A DNA stretch of 43,813 bases from contig JAZKGS010000069.1 in the NCBI GenBank assembly GCA_040385805.1, positions 1-43,813 on the forward strand. Reading direction: 5' to 3'. This stretch comes from Pseudomonadota bacterium (GTDB lineage Bacteria; Pseudomonadota; Alphaproteobacteria; Sphingomonadales; Sphingomonadaceae). Shown in pieces: positions 1 through 10,648 of the stretch (position 1 is the first letter of the stretch; every line of letters starts with the position of its first letter). The position numbers and the translations under genes were made by a program. The notes below the pieces were generated by a model. The model did no database searches, was not told where the DNA came from, and saw nothing but the letters and a program-made list of their open reading frames with translations.

Positions 1-2
1 CG

Positions 3-731
3 CGTTGCAAAATCGCGATTGTCATGGGCAAGACCGATTTCGAAGCCAAGCGCCATGCGCAGCAGTCAATGGTGCTGATGGAGCTTGATGCCCCCGGCGT
101 GAACATCCTGCGCCATCTACCCGTATTCGGATATGATGACGCGCCGCATGGCCATATGGAAATTGAATTGAAGGATGTCCGCATTCCGGCGTCGAACATG
201 CTGCTTGGCGAAGGTCGCGGGTTCGAGATCGCCCAAGGGCGCCTTGGACCAGGCCGCATCCATCACTGCATGCGCACCATCGGCACCGCCGAAGAAGCGC
301 TGGAGAAAATGTGCAAGCGTCTGCAAACGCGCGTTGCCTTTGGCAAGACCGTTGCCGAGCACAGCGTGTGGGAAGAACGCATTGCGCGCGCCCGCATCGA
401 CATCGAAATGACCCGTCTGCTCTGCCTGAAGGCCGCAGATATGATGGACAAGGTTGGCAACAAGGCAGCGGCAGCTGAAATCGCGATGATCAAGGTGCAG
501 GCACCAAATATGGCGCTCAGCATCATCGACAACGCGATTCAAGCCCATGGCGGCGGCGGCGTGTCCGACGATTTCGGTCTTGCTTCGGCTTGGGCGCATC
601 AGCGGACCTTGCGTCTGGCCGATGGTCCTGATGAAGTGCATGCGCGCGCCATCGCCCGTATGGAGCTTGGCAAGCATGGCGGTCGCGGCAAAGAAGGCAT
701 GTCCAGCGGCGATATGGGAGTTGCCCGGTGA
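3..731 (+). CDS. Acyl-CoA dehydrogenase (ACAD10/11-like), 5'-truncated by the window edge
   Basis: The frame is open from the window start. Motifs [28 protein letters not shown] and [11 protein letters not shown] are typical of the ACAD C-terminal half. Confidence 0.93.
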   Translation, partial: RCKIAIVMGKTDFEAKRHAQQSMVLMELDAPGVNILRHLPVFGYDDAPHGHMEIELKDVRIPASNMLLGEGRGFEIAQGRLGPGRIHHCMRTIGTAEEALEKMCKRLQTRVAFGKTVAEHSVWEERIARARIDIEMTRLLCLKAADMMDKVGNKAAAAEIAMIKVQAPNMALSIIDNAIQAHGGGGVSDDFGLASAWAHQRTLRLADGPDEVHARAIARMELGKHGGRGKEGMSSGDMGVAR

Positions 732-1816
732 AAGCAGCTGTCCTGATCGAAGCGGGCAAACCGCTTCAGATTGAGCAGATCAATATTGCCAATCCCGGGC
801 CGCATGAGGTGCTGATCCGCACTGCGGCCTGCGGATTGTGCCATAGCGACCTGCATTTCATTGAAGGCACTTACCCGCATCCCCTGCCCGCAATACCGGG
901 GCATGAGGCGGCTGGCATTGTCGAGGCGGTGGGCAGCGAAGTGCGCACGGTCAAGGTCGGCGATGCAGTTGTCACCTGCCTTTCGGCATTCTGCGGCCAT
1001 TGCGAATATTGCGTCACCGGGCGCATGTCGCTTTGCCTTGGCGGCGAAACCCGGCGCAAGCCCGGTGAGGCCCCGCGCCTGAGCCGTCCTGATGGCAGCG
1101 TCGTCAACCAGATGCTGAACCTGTCGGCTTATGCCGAAATGATGCTGGTGCATGAACATGCGTGCGTTGCGATCCACCCAGACATGCCCTTGCCACAAGC
1201 TTCGGTTATTGGCTGCGCGGTGACTACGGGCGCTGGTACGATATTCAACGCGTGCAAAGTCACACCAGGCGAAACCGTTGCCGTCATCGGCTGCGGCGGC
1301 GTTGGCCTTGCGACGATTAACGCGGCGAAGATTGCGGGGGCTGGTCGGATTATTGCGGCTGATCCGATGCCTGAAAAGCGGGCAATGGCATTAAAGCTTG
1401 GCGCAACTGACGTCGTCGATGCCTTGGCCGATGATGCTGCTGCGCAAATTCAGGAGCTGACCAAGGGCGGCGTTGATCATGCGATTGAGGCTGTTGGGCG
1501 TCCCGCATCCGGCACGTTGGCGGTCAAGTCGCTGAAGCGCGGCGGAACCGCCACGATTCTTGGCATGATGCCGTTGCAACATTCGGTTGGCCTGTCGGCG
1601 ATGGACCTGTTGTCGGGCAAGAAATTGCAAGGCGCAATCATGGGCGGCAACCGCTTCCCGGTTGATATTCCGCGACTGGTGGATTTCTACATGCGCGGGT
1701 TGCTAGATCTAGACACCATCATTTCGGAAACCATTCCGCTCGAGCGGATCAACGAAGGCTTTGACCAGATGAAGCGCGGTGACTCGGCCCGTTCGGTCAT
1801 CGTATTTGACCAATGA
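728..1816 (+). CDS. Zn-dependent alcohol dehydrogenase (class III-like MDR)
   Basis: CHSD and GHE catalytic Zn motifs, structural Zn cluster CGHCEYC...C, and GCGGVG Rossmann motif. The GTG start overlaps the upstream stop (GTGA). Confidence 0.93.
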   Translation: MKAAVLIEAGKPLQIEQINIANPGPHEVLIRTAACGLCHSDLHFIEGTYPHPLPAIPGHEAAGIVEAVGSEVRTVKVGDAVVTCLSAFCGHCEYCVTGRMSLCLGGETRRKPGEAPRLSRPDGSVVNQMLNLSAYAEMMLVHEHACVAIHPDMPLPQASVIGCAVTTGAGTIFNACKVTPGETVAVIGCGGVGLATINAAKIAGAGRIIAADPMPEKRAMALKLGATDVVDALADDAAAQIQELTKGGVDHAIEAVGRPASGTLAVKSLKRGGTATILGMMPLQHSVGLSAMDLLSGKKLQGAIMGGNRFPVDIPRLVDFYMRGLLDLDTIISETIPLERINEGFDQMKRGDSARSVIVFDQ

Positions 1817-2895
1817 GCGCAGCCCCAACCCCGATTGACGCGCAAACCGCCTTTACTGGGACTGTTGCGCCAACCGGAGCCGACATCCTCGATGCCGACA
1901 AACTGGCGCAGTGGATGGCCGAGAATGTTGAAGGCTTTGAAGGCCCGGTTGAGGTTCTAAAGTTTGCAGGTGGCCAGTCTAACCCGACTTACAGGCTGAA
2001 TGCAAAAAGCGGATCATACGTACTGCGCCGCAAGCCGTTTGGCGTCCTGCTGCCCAGCGCACATGCCGTCGACCGCGAATATAAGGTTATTGCTGGATTG
2101 TACCCGACAGGCTTTCCGGTAGCCAAGCCGTTCGGCCTGTGCACTGACGACAGTGTTGCAGGTTCGATGTTCTACATCATGGACATGGTCGAGGGCCGTA
2201 CGATCTGGGATGGCGCCATGCCGGGGTCAAACCCCACCGAGCGCCGCGCAACCTACGAGGCGATGATTGATACGCTGGCGGCGCTGCATAATGTCGATGT
2301 CGAGGGCGCTGGCCTCTCCGACTTTGGCAAACCCGGCAATTATTTTGGTCGTCAGGTTGAACGCTGGACCAAGCAATACAGGCTCGCCGAAACAGAGACG
2401 ATGCCCGAAATGGAACGCCTCATCGAATGGCTGCCTAAAACGCTGCCCGAACAGACACGCACCAGCGTCGTCCATGGCGACTATCGTATCGACAATATGA
2501 TCTTTGATGCGAAGGAACCGAAGGTCGTGGCGGTGTTGGACTGGGAATTGTCGACCCTGGGCGACCCGCTGGCGGATTTCACCTATGTGGCGATGGCATG
2601 GGTGACGCAGAATGAGGGCCGGTCAGGCGTCATGGATTTGGACCGTGCTGCGCTGGGGATTCCCGAGCTGGAGGAAATGGTCGAACGCTATTGCGCCGCC
2701 ACCGGCCGTGATGGCGTCCCCGACATGAACTGGTATTTCGCCTATAATTTCTTCCGCCTTGCTGGCATTATTCAAGGCATCAAGAAACGCGTCATTGATG
2801 GCACCGCAAGCTCGTCACATGCGCAAGCCATGGCCGAGCGTGTATTCCCGCTGGCGGAATCCGCATGGAAGTTTGCCGAGAAGGCCGGGGCGTAG
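1813..2895 (+). CDS. APH-family phosphotransferase (ACAD10/11 kinase domain / LvaA-like)
   Basis: GGQSNPTY, VLRRKP, HAVDRE, HGDYRIDN and LDWE motifs. Confidence 0.92.
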   Translation: MSAAPTPIDAQTAFTGTVAPTGADILDADKLAQWMAENVEGFEGPVEVLKFAGGQSNPTYRLNAKSGSYVLRRKPFGVLLPSAHAVDREYKVIAGLYPTGFPVAKPFGLCTDDSVAGSMFYIMDMVEGRTIWDGAMPGSNPTERRATYEAMIDTLAALHNVDVEGAGLSDFGKPGNYFGRQVERWTKQYRLAETETMPEMERLIEWLPKTLPEQTRTSVVHGDYRIDNMIFDAKEPKVVAVLDWELSTLGDPLADFTYVAMAWVTQNEGRSGVMDLDRAALGIPELEEMVERYCAATGRDGVPDMNWYFAYNFFRLAGIIQGIKKRVIDGTASSSHAQAMAERVFPLAESAWKFAEKAGA

Positions 2896-2903
2896 AAATC
2901 AAA

Positions 2904-3037
2904 TCCTCCCCATCGACTTGCGATGGGGAGGGGGACCATCCGCAGGATGGTGGAGGGGAACGAAACGTTGCCGCCCCTCCGTCATCCAAAGCTGCCGCTT
3001 TGGCTGCCACCTCCCCATCGCAAGTCGATAGGGAGGA
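2904..3037. repeat. REP/RIME-like intergenic palindromic element
   Basis: 28-bp terminal inverted repeats at 2904-2931 (tcctccccatcgacttgcgatggggagg) and 3010-3037 with 1 mismatch. Each arm is itself a hairpin, and there are internal hairpins. Confidence 0.85.
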
Positions 3038-3056
3038 ATGAGTGAGAGGAATGCAA

Positions 3057-3818
3057 ATGTCTTTATTCGATATGACCGGCAAGGTTGCCATCATCACGGG
3101 CTCATCGCGTGGCATCGGCCAGGCCATCGCCGAGGAAATGGCAGCGCAAGGCGCAAAGGTCGCAATTTCCAGCCGCAATATTGCGGATTGTGAAGCGGTC
3201 GCCAACGGTATCAATGCCAAACATCCGGGATCAGCCATCGCCGTGGCTTCCAGCCTCTCGTCCAAGGAAAGCTTGCAAAATCTCGTCGACGAAACCCGCA
3301 AGGCGTTCGGCAAGGTTGACGTTCTGGTCTGCAACGCAGCGTCGAACCCGCATTATGGCCCGATGGCAACCATCACCGACGAACAATTGCGCAAGACACT
3401 CGACCACAATATCGTATCGCAACATTGGCTGATCCAGATGGTCGCCCCGGAAATGATCGAACGCAAATCCGGTTCGATCATCATTGTCTCGTCGATCGGT
3501 GGCTTGCGTGGTTCGCCGATATTGGGTGCCTATGCGATCACAAAGGCGGCGGATATTCAGATGACGAAAAACCTCGCCCGCGAATATGGCCCGCATAATG
3601 TGCGCATCAATTCCATCGCGCCGGGATTAGTGAAAACCGATTTTGCCAAGGCCTTGTGGGAGAACCCCGAGAATCTCAAAGTATCGACATCTGGCGCAGC
3701 ATTGGGCCGCATTGGCGAACCACGCGAGATCGCGGGCGCCGCAGTGTATCTCGGCTCCGATGCATCGACGTTCATGACTGGCCAGACAATTGTCGTTGAT
3801 GGAGGCGTCGTCGTATGA
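3057..3818 (+). CDS. SDR-family oxidoreductase (DHRS4-like)
   Basis: [12 protein letters not shown] and YAITK motifs. RBS GAGAGGA precedes ATG 3057; ATG 3051 is an alternative start. Confidence 0.92.
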   Translation: MSLFDMTGKVAIITGSSRGIGQAIAEEMAAQGAKVAISSRNIADCEAVANGINAKHPGSAIAVASSLSSKESLQNLVDETRKAFGKVDVLVCNAASNPHYGPMATITDEQLRKTLDHNIVSQHWLIQMVAPEMIERKSGSIIIVSSIGGLRGSPILGAYAITKAADIQMTKNLAREYGPHNVRINSIAPGLVKTDFAKALWENPENLKVSTSGAALGRIGEPREIAGAAVYLGSDASTFMTGQTIVVDGGVVV

Positions 3819-4612
3819 GTGGAGCACTGCAAGGCAAAGTCGCCATCATTACCGGCGCAGGTTCCGGCATTGGCCGAGCCTCCGCCATCCGTTTTGCCGC
3901 CGAAGGTGCAAAGGTCGTTTTGGGCGATATGGCGGCGTCGGTGCATGACACCGCCGCGATGATCGGTGACGCCGCCACCGCCGTGCAAATGGACGCAGGC
4001 GATGAGGGCGACGTCGCCGCGCTTGTTGCGCAGACAATCGCGCTCCACGGCCATCTCGACATTGCCTTTGCCAATGCGGGCATTTCGGGCGGCATGGAGG
4101 GCATCTTCGACAACACCGTCGAGAATTTCACCAGCGTCCTGCGCGTTAATCTCATTGGCCCATGGCTGATGGTCAAACATGCGGGCAAGGTCATGGCGGA
4201 CGCGGGCAATGGCGGATCCATCATACTCACCGCAAGCGTTGCTGGCATCCGTTCCGGCGCTGGCGGCCCGCCTTATTCCGCATCAAAGGCTGGCGTCATC
4301 AACCTCGCGCAAGTCACCGCGCAGCAATTGTCGGGCACCAATGTTCGCTGCAACGCGATTTGCCCGGGTCTGACCGAAACGGGCATGACCAAGCCGACAT
4401 TCGATTATGCGCGCGAAAAGGGTGTGACCGAAAAGATCGGCCGCCTGAACCCCTTGCGCCGAGGCGCGCAGCCCGACGAGCTCGCTAATGTTGCGTTGTT
4501 CCTGGCAAGCGACCAATCCTCGTATGTCAATGGCCAGGCTATCGCCGTTGACGGCGGGCTTTCAAGCTCGCACCCTGTAACTCGCCAATTGACTGGACAA
4601 ACAGCCGTATGA
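3815..4612 (+). CDS. SDR-family oxidoreductase
   Basis: [11 protein letters not shown] and YSASK motifs; start overlaps the upstream stop (ATGA). Confidence 0.92.
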   Translation: MSGALQGKVAIITGAGSGIGRASAIRFAAEGAKVVLGDMAASVHDTAAMIGDAATAVQMDAGDEGDVAALVAQTIALHGHLDIAFANAGISGGMEGIFDNTVENFTSVLRVNLIGPWLMVKHAGKVMADAGNGGSIILTASVAGIRSGAGGPPYSASKAGVINLAQVTAQQLSGTNVRCNAICPGLTETGMTKPTFDYAREKGVTEKIGRLNPLRRGAQPDELANVALFLASDQSSYVNGQAIAVDGGLSSSHPVTRQLTGQTAV

Positions 4613-5799
4613 GCGCCGAAGATCTAGGTTTCGTTCCCGACCGCCTCGCGCGTATTCCTGCGTTCATTCAGGCGAATTATCTCGACAATGGCAAATTGCC
4701 GTTCGCGTCAGTGTTGATTGGCCGCGGCGACGATATCGCGTTGCAGTGGAATTCAGGCGTGGCGGACGATGCCATTTTCCGCATCGCGTCAATGACCAAG
4801 CCAGTCACCTCGGTTGCGTTCATGCAGCTGGTTGAACAAGGCAAGGTTGCCCTGACCGACCCGGTCGCCAAATATATCCCCGAATTCGCGCAATTGGGCG
4901 TTTTTGTCGCTGGCGGTGGCAATGTGCCCTTCGTCTCGCGTCCGCCGACAACACCGTTGCGCGTGGTCGATCTGTTACGGCACACCGCTGGCTTCACCTA
5001 CAGCTTCCAGGAGCGCAGCAATATCGACGCCGCCTATCGCAAGACCGACGTCGAAAGCTGGACCAAGAGCACCTCGCAAAGCTTCATCGATACCCTCGCG
5101 CAAATTCCGTTGGAGTTCGACCCTGGCACGCAATGGAACTATGGTGTGTCTACCGATGTGCTTGGCATATTGGTGGAACGGATCAGCGGGCTTTCTTTGC
5201 CCGAATATTTCCAGACGCATATTTTCGCGCCTTTGGGCATGACCGACACTTTCTTCTGTGTGCCAGCCGACAAGGCCGCGCGCATTCCCGAGGGCTTTGC
5301 CTTTGACCCGGACAAGAAGATGAAGCTGTTTGACAAGGCAGGTGCCGAAAGCCTGTGGACCAAGGGTTGGTCGTTCAATTCTGGCGGCGGTGGCCTTGCG
5401 TCGAGCGTTGCCGATTATCACCGCTTCTGCCGGATGCTATTGAACGGCGGCGCGCTTGATGGCGTCCAAATCTTGAGCCCCAAGACGATTGAACTGATGA
5501 CCGCCAACCATATTCCGGGCGGACAGGACCTGACACAAATGTCGAAATCCTTGTTCAGTGAGGCCGAAATGGCGGGCATTGGTTTTGGTCTTGGCTTTGC
5601 CACCACGATAGACAGCGCCGCAACATTGACACCCTGTTCAACCGGCGATTTTTATTGGGGCGGCATGTACTCCACCGCCTTTTTCGTCGATCCGGTCGAG
5701 GATATCATCATGATTTTCATGACTCAATTGATGCCGTCGAGCACTTACCCGATACGCCGCGAGATCAAGACGATGATTTATTCGGCGCTTGCGGCTTAA
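4609..5799 (+). CDS. Serine hydrolase, beta-lactamase fold (family VIII esterase-like)
   Basis: FRIASMTK (SxxK), LLRHTAG, WNYG and WGG motifs; no signal peptide. Confidence 0.9.
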   Translation: MSAEDLGFVPDRLARIPAFIQANYLDNGKLPFASVLIGRGDDIALQWNSGVADDAIFRIASMTKPVTSVAFMQLVEQGKVALTDPVAKYIPEFAQLGVFVAGGGNVPFVSRPPTTPLRVVDLLRHTAGFTYSFQERSNIDAAYRKTDVESWTKSTSQSFIDTLAQIPLEFDPGTQWNYGVSTDVLGILVERISGLSLPEYFQTHIFAPLGMTDTFFCVPADKAARIPEGFAFDPDKKMKLFDKAGAESLWTKGWSFNSGGGGLASSVADYHRFCRMLLNGGALDGVQILSPKTIELMTANHIPGGQDLTQMSKSLFSEAEMAGIGFGLGFATTIDSAATLTPCSTGDFYWGGMYSTAFFVDPVEDIIMIFMTQLMPSSTYPIRREIKTMIYSALAA

Positions 5800-5820
5800 G
5801 CGGACAGAATTGCAGCAGCC

Positions 5821-6723
5821 CTAAACCGTTGCAATCTCGACCTGACCGACCGGCTCTGGCTTGGCACGCGCAGCAATCAGGCTGCCGCATACAATCAACG
5901 CAGTGCCCAACAGCACAGGCAACGTCACGGGTTCAGCAAAGAACAGCCAGCCAAAAAACGCCGCCCAGACAAAGGCGGTATATTCAACCGGGATTAAGAT
6001 CTGCGCCTCTGCCCGCGCATAGGCCCAGCTCAGGAGCAGAAGCGAGATAATCGCCAAAGCAGCTGCTGCTCCGATCATCGGTGCATCGGACACCCCGATG
6101 GGTATTAAGAACCATGGCGCGACCAAGCTAAGCGTTGCTGCTACAAACAGGTTCTGGAAAAACGCGATTTCGATCGGGCCAGCAATCTGCGCCTGCCGCC
6201 GCGCGAGGATCAAGTTGTAAGCAAACACAACCGCCGAGAACAACACCGCCGCAGCGCCCCATAAATGCCCGCTGGTATAGTCTCCGCTCAATCGCCCAGC
6301 CATGATGATAACCACCCCGCCAAGCCCCGCCAGCGACGCCCAAATAGCTTCACGACCAATTGTCTCCCCCAACATCACGGCGGCAAGATACAGCGCGATG
6401 ACGGGCGCGATGAAGCTAAGGCCGATGGCTTCGGCCAAAGGCAGTTTCGTGAGCGACCAGAAAAAGCTGACTGCCATGACCGACACAACCATGCTGCGCC
6501 ACAAATGGATTTTCAATATATGTGCCGGCGGCCATTTCTGCCGCATGCCAACGAACAGTAGCCCCATGAACAAAGCGCCAAGGCAATTGCGCCACATGAC
6601 CGCGTTATACGCCCCAAGCGACAAAGCCAGATCCTTCATCGCCGCGTCCATCAGCGAAAATGTGCCGATGCCCGCCGCGGCCACCATGAACGGGATGAAT
6701 GGACGCGGGTGCAGTTCAGCCAT
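5821..6723 (-). CDS. DMT/EamA-family transporter
   Basis: About 10 hydrophobic segments with an EamA pattern (LGE, FFAE). ATG 6723 lies just after the GNAT stop. Confidence 0.88.
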   Translation of the reverse strand: MAELHPRPFIPFMVAAAGIGTFSLMDAAMKDLALSLGAYNAVMWRNCLGALFMGLLFVGMRQKWPPAHILKIHLWRSMVVSVMAVSFFWSLTKLPLAEAIGLSFIAPVIALYLAAVMLGETIGREAIWASLAGLGGVVIIMAGRLSGDYTSGHLWGAAAVLFSAVVFAYNLILARRQAQIAGPIEIAFFQNLFVAATLSLVAPWFLIPIGVSDAPMIGAAAALAIISLLLLSWAYARAEAQILIPVEYTAFVWAAFFGWLFFAEPVTLPVLLGTALIVCGSLIAARAKPEPVGQVEIATV

Positions 6724-6725
6724 GT

Positions 6726-7211
6726 TTACAGGCTGTGTGTGGCAAGGTTGCCGAGCGCATCGCCATCGACGCGGTAGACGGTCCATTCGTCCATAGGCGT
6801 CGCGCCAAGCGCCTTGTAGAAATCAATCGCTGGTGTGTTCCAATCGAGTACCGACCATTCCAGCCGCGCACAATCGCGTTCCACCGCAAGCGCGGCAAGC
6901 TTGCCAAGCAAAGCTTTACCCAGCCCTGACCCACGCGCGTCTGGCCGGACGAACAAATCCTCCAGATAAATGCCGGGCCGTCCTTCAAATGTCGAAAAAT
7001 TGTGAAAGAATAGCGCGAACCCCTGCGCCACGCCGTCAATCTCGCCAATCAGCACCTCAGCATAAGGCCGCGGGCCAAACAGCTTTTGCGCCATAACAGC
7101 TTCATCGAAACGCACGGCATGGGCAAGCTTTTCATATTCCGCCAGATCGCGAATAAATTGCCCGATGAGCGAGATGTCGGATGGCGTTGCCGCCCGAATC
7201 GAGAGGCTCAA
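6726..7211 (-). CDS. GNAT N-acetyltransferase (diamine acetyltransferase-like)
   Basis: [19 protein letters not shown] and WSVLDWN..AIDFY motifs. TTG start overlaps the ispG stop. Confidence 0.9.
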   Translation of the reverse strand: MSLSIRAATPSDISLIGQFIRDLAEYEKLAHAVRFDEAVMAQKLFGPRPYAEVLIGEIDGVAQGFALFFHNFSTFEGRPGIYLEDLFVRPDARGSGLGKALLGKLAALAVERDCARLEWSVLDWNTPAIDFYKALGATPMDEWTVYRVDGDALGNLATHSL

Positions 7212-8347
7212 GCCGCTTTCCCGTGCAGCGTATCCATGCTCACGCTGGCGCCAGCGTCGATTTCTGCGGCCTTGGCCTCCACCAGGCGCACGATGTGGCT
7301 GACCATGTCGTCATTCTCGACATGATGGTCGGTGACGCCGGACAAATAGACCATATGCTTGCCATTGCCGCCACCGGTGATGCCGATATCGGTCTCGCGC
7401 GCTTCGCCGGGGCCGTTGACGACGCAGCCGAGGACGGAGAGCGACATCGGCGTCTTGATATGGCCAAGCGCCTCTTCCAGTTTCTGCACCGTGCGGATGA
7501 CGTCGAACCCTTGGCGGGCGCAGCTTGGGCAGCTGACGACGCGGACACCGCGCGTGCGCAAACCCAAAGCTTTCAGGATTTCATAGCCGACGCGGACTTC
7601 TTCTTCGGGTTCAGCCGAAAGGCTAACGCGAATGGTGTCGCCGATGCCTGCCCACAGCAAGTTGCCCATGCCGATGGAGGATTTGACCGTTCCGCCAATC
7701 AGGCCGCCCGCCTCGGTAATCCCCAAGTGAATCGGGCAGTCGACCGCGTCGGCAAGGCCCATATAAGCCGCGACTGCAAGGAACACGTCCGATGCTTTCA
7801 CCGCGACCTTATATTCGTGGAAATCATGGTCCTGAAGCAGCTTGATATGGTCTAACGCGCTTTCAATCAGCGCCTCCGGACATGGCTCACCATATTTTTC
7901 GAGCAGGTCTTTCTCAAGGCTGCCCGCGTTCACGCCGATGCGTATTGCGCAACCATTGGCCTTGGCAGCGTTCACAACTTCGCGGACGCGCTCGGACGAA
8001 CCGATATTGCCGGGATTGATGCGTAAGCAGGCGGCACCTGCATCCGCCGCCTCAAGCGCGCGTTTGTAATGGAAATGGATGTCCGCAACGATTGGCACGT
8101 TGGCGGCGCGCACAATCTGCTTCAGCGCAGCCGTGCTTTCCACATCGGGGCACGACACGCGGATAATATCGACGCCTGCGTCCTCGCAACGGCGGATCTG
8201 ATCGATGGTCGCCGCAGCATCGCTGGTCAGCGTATTGGTCATCGTTTGCACCGAAATCGGGGCGTTGCCGCCGACAGGGACATTGCCGACCATGATCTGG
8301 CGGGACTGACGGCGCGCAATATCGCGCCAAGGGCGAATAGAAGACAT
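7208..8347 (-). CDS. ispG: (E)-4-hydroxy-3-methylbut-2-enyl-diphosphate synthase
   Basis: [38 protein letters not shown] and GCVVNGPGE motifs. Confidence 0.97.
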   Translation of the reverse strand: MSSIRPWRDIARRQSRQIMVGNVPVGGNAPISVQTMTNTLTSDAAATIDQIRRCEDAGVDIIRVSCPDVESTAALKQIVRAANVPIVADIHFHYKRALEAADAGAACLRINPGNIGSSERVREVVNAAKANGCAIRIGVNAGSLEKDLLEKYGEPCPEALIESALDHIKLLQDHDFHEYKVAVKASDVFLAVAAYMGLADAVDCPIHLGITEAGGLIGGTVKSSIGMGNLLWAGIGDTIRVSLSAEPEEEVRVGYEILKALGLRTRGVRVVSCPSCARQGFDVIRTVQKLEEALGHIKTPMSLSVLGCVVNGPGEARETDIGITGGGNGKHMVYLSGVTDHHVENDDMVSHIVRLVEAKAAEIDAGASVSMDTLHGKAA

Positions 8348-8353
8348 GACTGC

Positions 8354-8382
8354 GATATAGGCGGCTTGGCATTTTCCCGCAA
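8354..8382 (-). promoter_or_regulatory. Putative sigma70 promoter of ispG (leaderless transcript)
   Basis: TTGCGG-N17-TATATC, then 6 nt to the ATG; no Shine-Dalgarno sequence. Confidence 0.5.
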
Positions 8383-8428
8383 TCATCATCCTGAACTGTT
8401 TTCGGGCGATGGCTTGCAGCTAATTACC

Positions 8429-9352
8429 TCAGTCTAAACCGCCATGCCATTCTACCGCCTGCGCCGCTGCAATCCGGCCGACTTCGGCAAGCACGGCCTG
8501 ATCGCCCGCACGTATTTCCTCATATTTGCCATCGGCTTCATAAAAGGCGGTCACAATGATGGGTGGCCGTGCTGGCGGCCAGAAAATGGCGACGTCGTTA
8601 GTCTTGTTGTTGAATTTCGTGCTGTTGGCGGTTCCCGTCTTATCGCCACTTTTCCAAGACGGTGGGAGGCCGCCTCTTATGCGCTTCATGCCTGTATCCG
8701 TGTCGGCCATCCATTGGATCAGCAAATCGCGCGACCCCGTTTTCAATATCCGGTCTGTCGTTAAAAGCGCTGCCATCATCTGCGCGAACGCGCGCGGCGT
8801 GGTTGTATCGCGTTCCTCACCCGGCGGAACATCGTTCATCTCGGGTTCGTAACGGTCAAGCCGTGTGACATCATCGCCCCAGCTACGAATGATTGCGGTG
8901 ACGGCAGCAGGTCCGCCCAAAAACCTGATCAGCAGATTGGCAGCTACATTGTCGCTGGTCTTCTGCGCGGCTTCGGCCAGATCGACAATGCGCATTGAAC
9001 CCTTTGCCAGATTGGGCCCGGTAACGGGGGCATGCGGCACAATATCGGCCTGCGAATAAAGCAACTCCATTTCAAGATTCAGCCTGCCTTGGTCGGCGCG
9101 CTGGAGCACAGCCGCGGCAAGCGCCAGCTTGAATGTGGAACACATCGCAAAGGCTTCGCCATAACGGTGGCCAGTCATCCGGCCTGATGCCGTGTCGAGC
9201 ACAAACGCCCCCAGCCGCCCGCCAACGCGCGCCTCAAGCACGCCCATTGCGGAATTGCCGACAATGTTGCGCTGTGCCTGCCGAGGGGATGCACAGCCTG
9301 CCATTGTTAAAGCTGCAGCGCCCACCATGAGGCCGCGCCTGTCGATTTCCAT
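8429..9352 (-). CDS. bla: Class A beta-lactamase, predicted Tat-exported lipoprotein
   Basis: STFK, SDN, EPEMN omega loop and DKTG motifs. N-terminal DRRGL twin-arginine motif followed by lipobox MAGC. Confidence 0.93.
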   Translation of the reverse strand: MEIDRRGLMVGAAALTMAGCASPRQAQRNIVGNSAMGVLEARVGGRLGAFVLDTASGRMTGHRYGEAFAMCSTFKLALAAAVLQRADQGRLNLEMELLYSQADIVPHAPVTGPNLAKGSMRIVDLAEAAQKTSDNVAANLLIRFLGGPAAVTAIIRSWGDDVTRLDRYEPEMNDVPPGEERDTTTPRAFAQMMAALLTTDRILKTGSRDLLIQWMADTDTGMKRIRGGLPPSWKSGDKTGTANSTKFNNKTNDVAIFWPPARPPIIVTAFYEADGKYEEIRAGDQAVLAEVGRIAAAQAVEWHGGLD

Positions 9353-9530
9353 GAAATGTCCTCTTTATGTTGTCGCCGGGCGACTGGCCGTTTCGTAACT
9401 TTATTATCTCGTCGATGTTTGGGTTACTAGGCACGTATTTGGCACATTTGGGCACGACCGCAAATTTGCGGATGCCATTAGTTGCGTTTGATACTATCGC
9501 CTGAGCAATTGCGATCAGAAGGATTTAGAC

Positions 9531-10457
9531 TTGGCTGACAAACAATGGACGCTGGTAATTCATGGCGGCGCGGGCAGCATGGTGCGCGGCAAATTGTCCG
9601 CTGAACAAGATTCCGGAGCGCGCGCCGGGCTAAGCAAGGCACTGGAGGCAGGCGCGTCAGTTCTCGCAACAGGCGGCAGCGCGATGGACGCGGTGACCGC
9701 TGCTGTCATAGAGCTTGAAAATGACGCGCATTTCAACGCCGGCCACGGCGCGGTGTTCACCTATGAAGGCATAAACGAACTCGACGCTTCTGTCATGGAC
9801 GGCGCGACGCGGCATGCAGGGGCGGTTACGGGCGCGCGCCATACGCGCAATCCGGTTTTGCTCGCCCGCGCGGTGATGGAGCATAGCCCGCATGTCATGC
9901 TGTCTCGCGAAGGTGCAGACCAGTTCAGCCGCGAACAGGGGCTTGATCAAGTCGAGCCTGCATATTTCGCAACCGCCGAACGCTTGCGCCAATTGGAGGA
10001 GTTAAAAGCGAAGAAGCTCGATTGGTATGATATCGACATGAAATATGGCACCGTTGGCGCCGTGGCGGTCGATCAAAATGGTAGTGTTGCTGCCGCAACC
10101 TCGACAGGCGGCCTCACCGGCAAACGTTGGGGCCGGATTGGCGATTCTCCCGTCATTGGCGCTGGCAATTACGCGGACAATCGCGCCTGCGCAGTGTCCG
10201 CTACTGGCGCTGGCGAGTTTTTCATCCGGCTTGGCGTAGCGCATGAAATCTGCGCGCGGATGCGGATGCTGGGCGAGGATGCCAAGGCAGCCGCCGACCA
10301 TGTCATTGGCGAACTGGGCGATATGGGCGGTACGGGCGGCGTGATTGTCACTGCGCCAGATGGCACCGCAACTTTCAGTTTCAACACCCCGGGCATGTAC
10401 CGCGGGCGCGCGACCAGCACAGGCGAAAAATATGTCGCCATTTATGGCGATGAGTGA
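9531..10457 (+). CDS. Isoaspartyl peptidase / plant-type L-asparaginase (Ntn hydrolase)
   Basis: IHGGAG, GTVGAVA autoproteolysis Thr, TSTGG and GRIGDSP motifs; TTG start. Confidence 0.93.
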   Translation: MADKQWTLVIHGGAGSMVRGKLSAEQDSGARAGLSKALEAGASVLATGGSAMDAVTAAVIELENDAHFNAGHGAVFTYEGINELDASVMDGATRHAGAVTGARHTRNPVLLARAVMEHSPHVMLSREGADQFSREQGLDQVEPAYFATAERLRQLEELKAKKLDWYDIDMKYGTVGAVAVDQNGSVAAATSTGGLTGKRWGRIGDSPVIGAGNYADNRACAVSATGAGEFFIRLGVAHEICARMRMLGEDAKAAADHVIGELGDMGGTGGVIVTAPDGTATFSFNTPGMYRGRATSTGEKYVAIYGDE

Positions 10458-10648
10458 TGCTGTATGGAACGAATGCCATATGACTAAAGCCATATAACTA
10501 TCTGATTTTTATTTATTTTTTGACTCTGTTTTATTTCAGGCGCACCTTGCCGCCACCTGTCCGCCTCAACTTGAGGGTCGCTATAATGATGAGCGGCAGG
10601 GTTACACGGATGGCCAATTGGCCACTTGGAACCAACGGAGGAAAAGTC

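Noticed and set aside
2904-3037. Palindromic repeats as a CRISPR array
   Set aside because: There are only two copies, in inverted orientation, with no spacer series and no cas genes.
4609-5799. Serine hydrolase as a second (class C) beta-lactamase resistance gene
   Set aside because: No signal peptide, WGG instead of KTG, and location in a catabolic operon all point to an esterase.
8429-9352. bla as a KPC/SME-type carbapenemase
   Set aside because: It lacks the second Cys after KTG (reads KTGTAN) needed for the C69-C238 disulfide typical of those enzymes.
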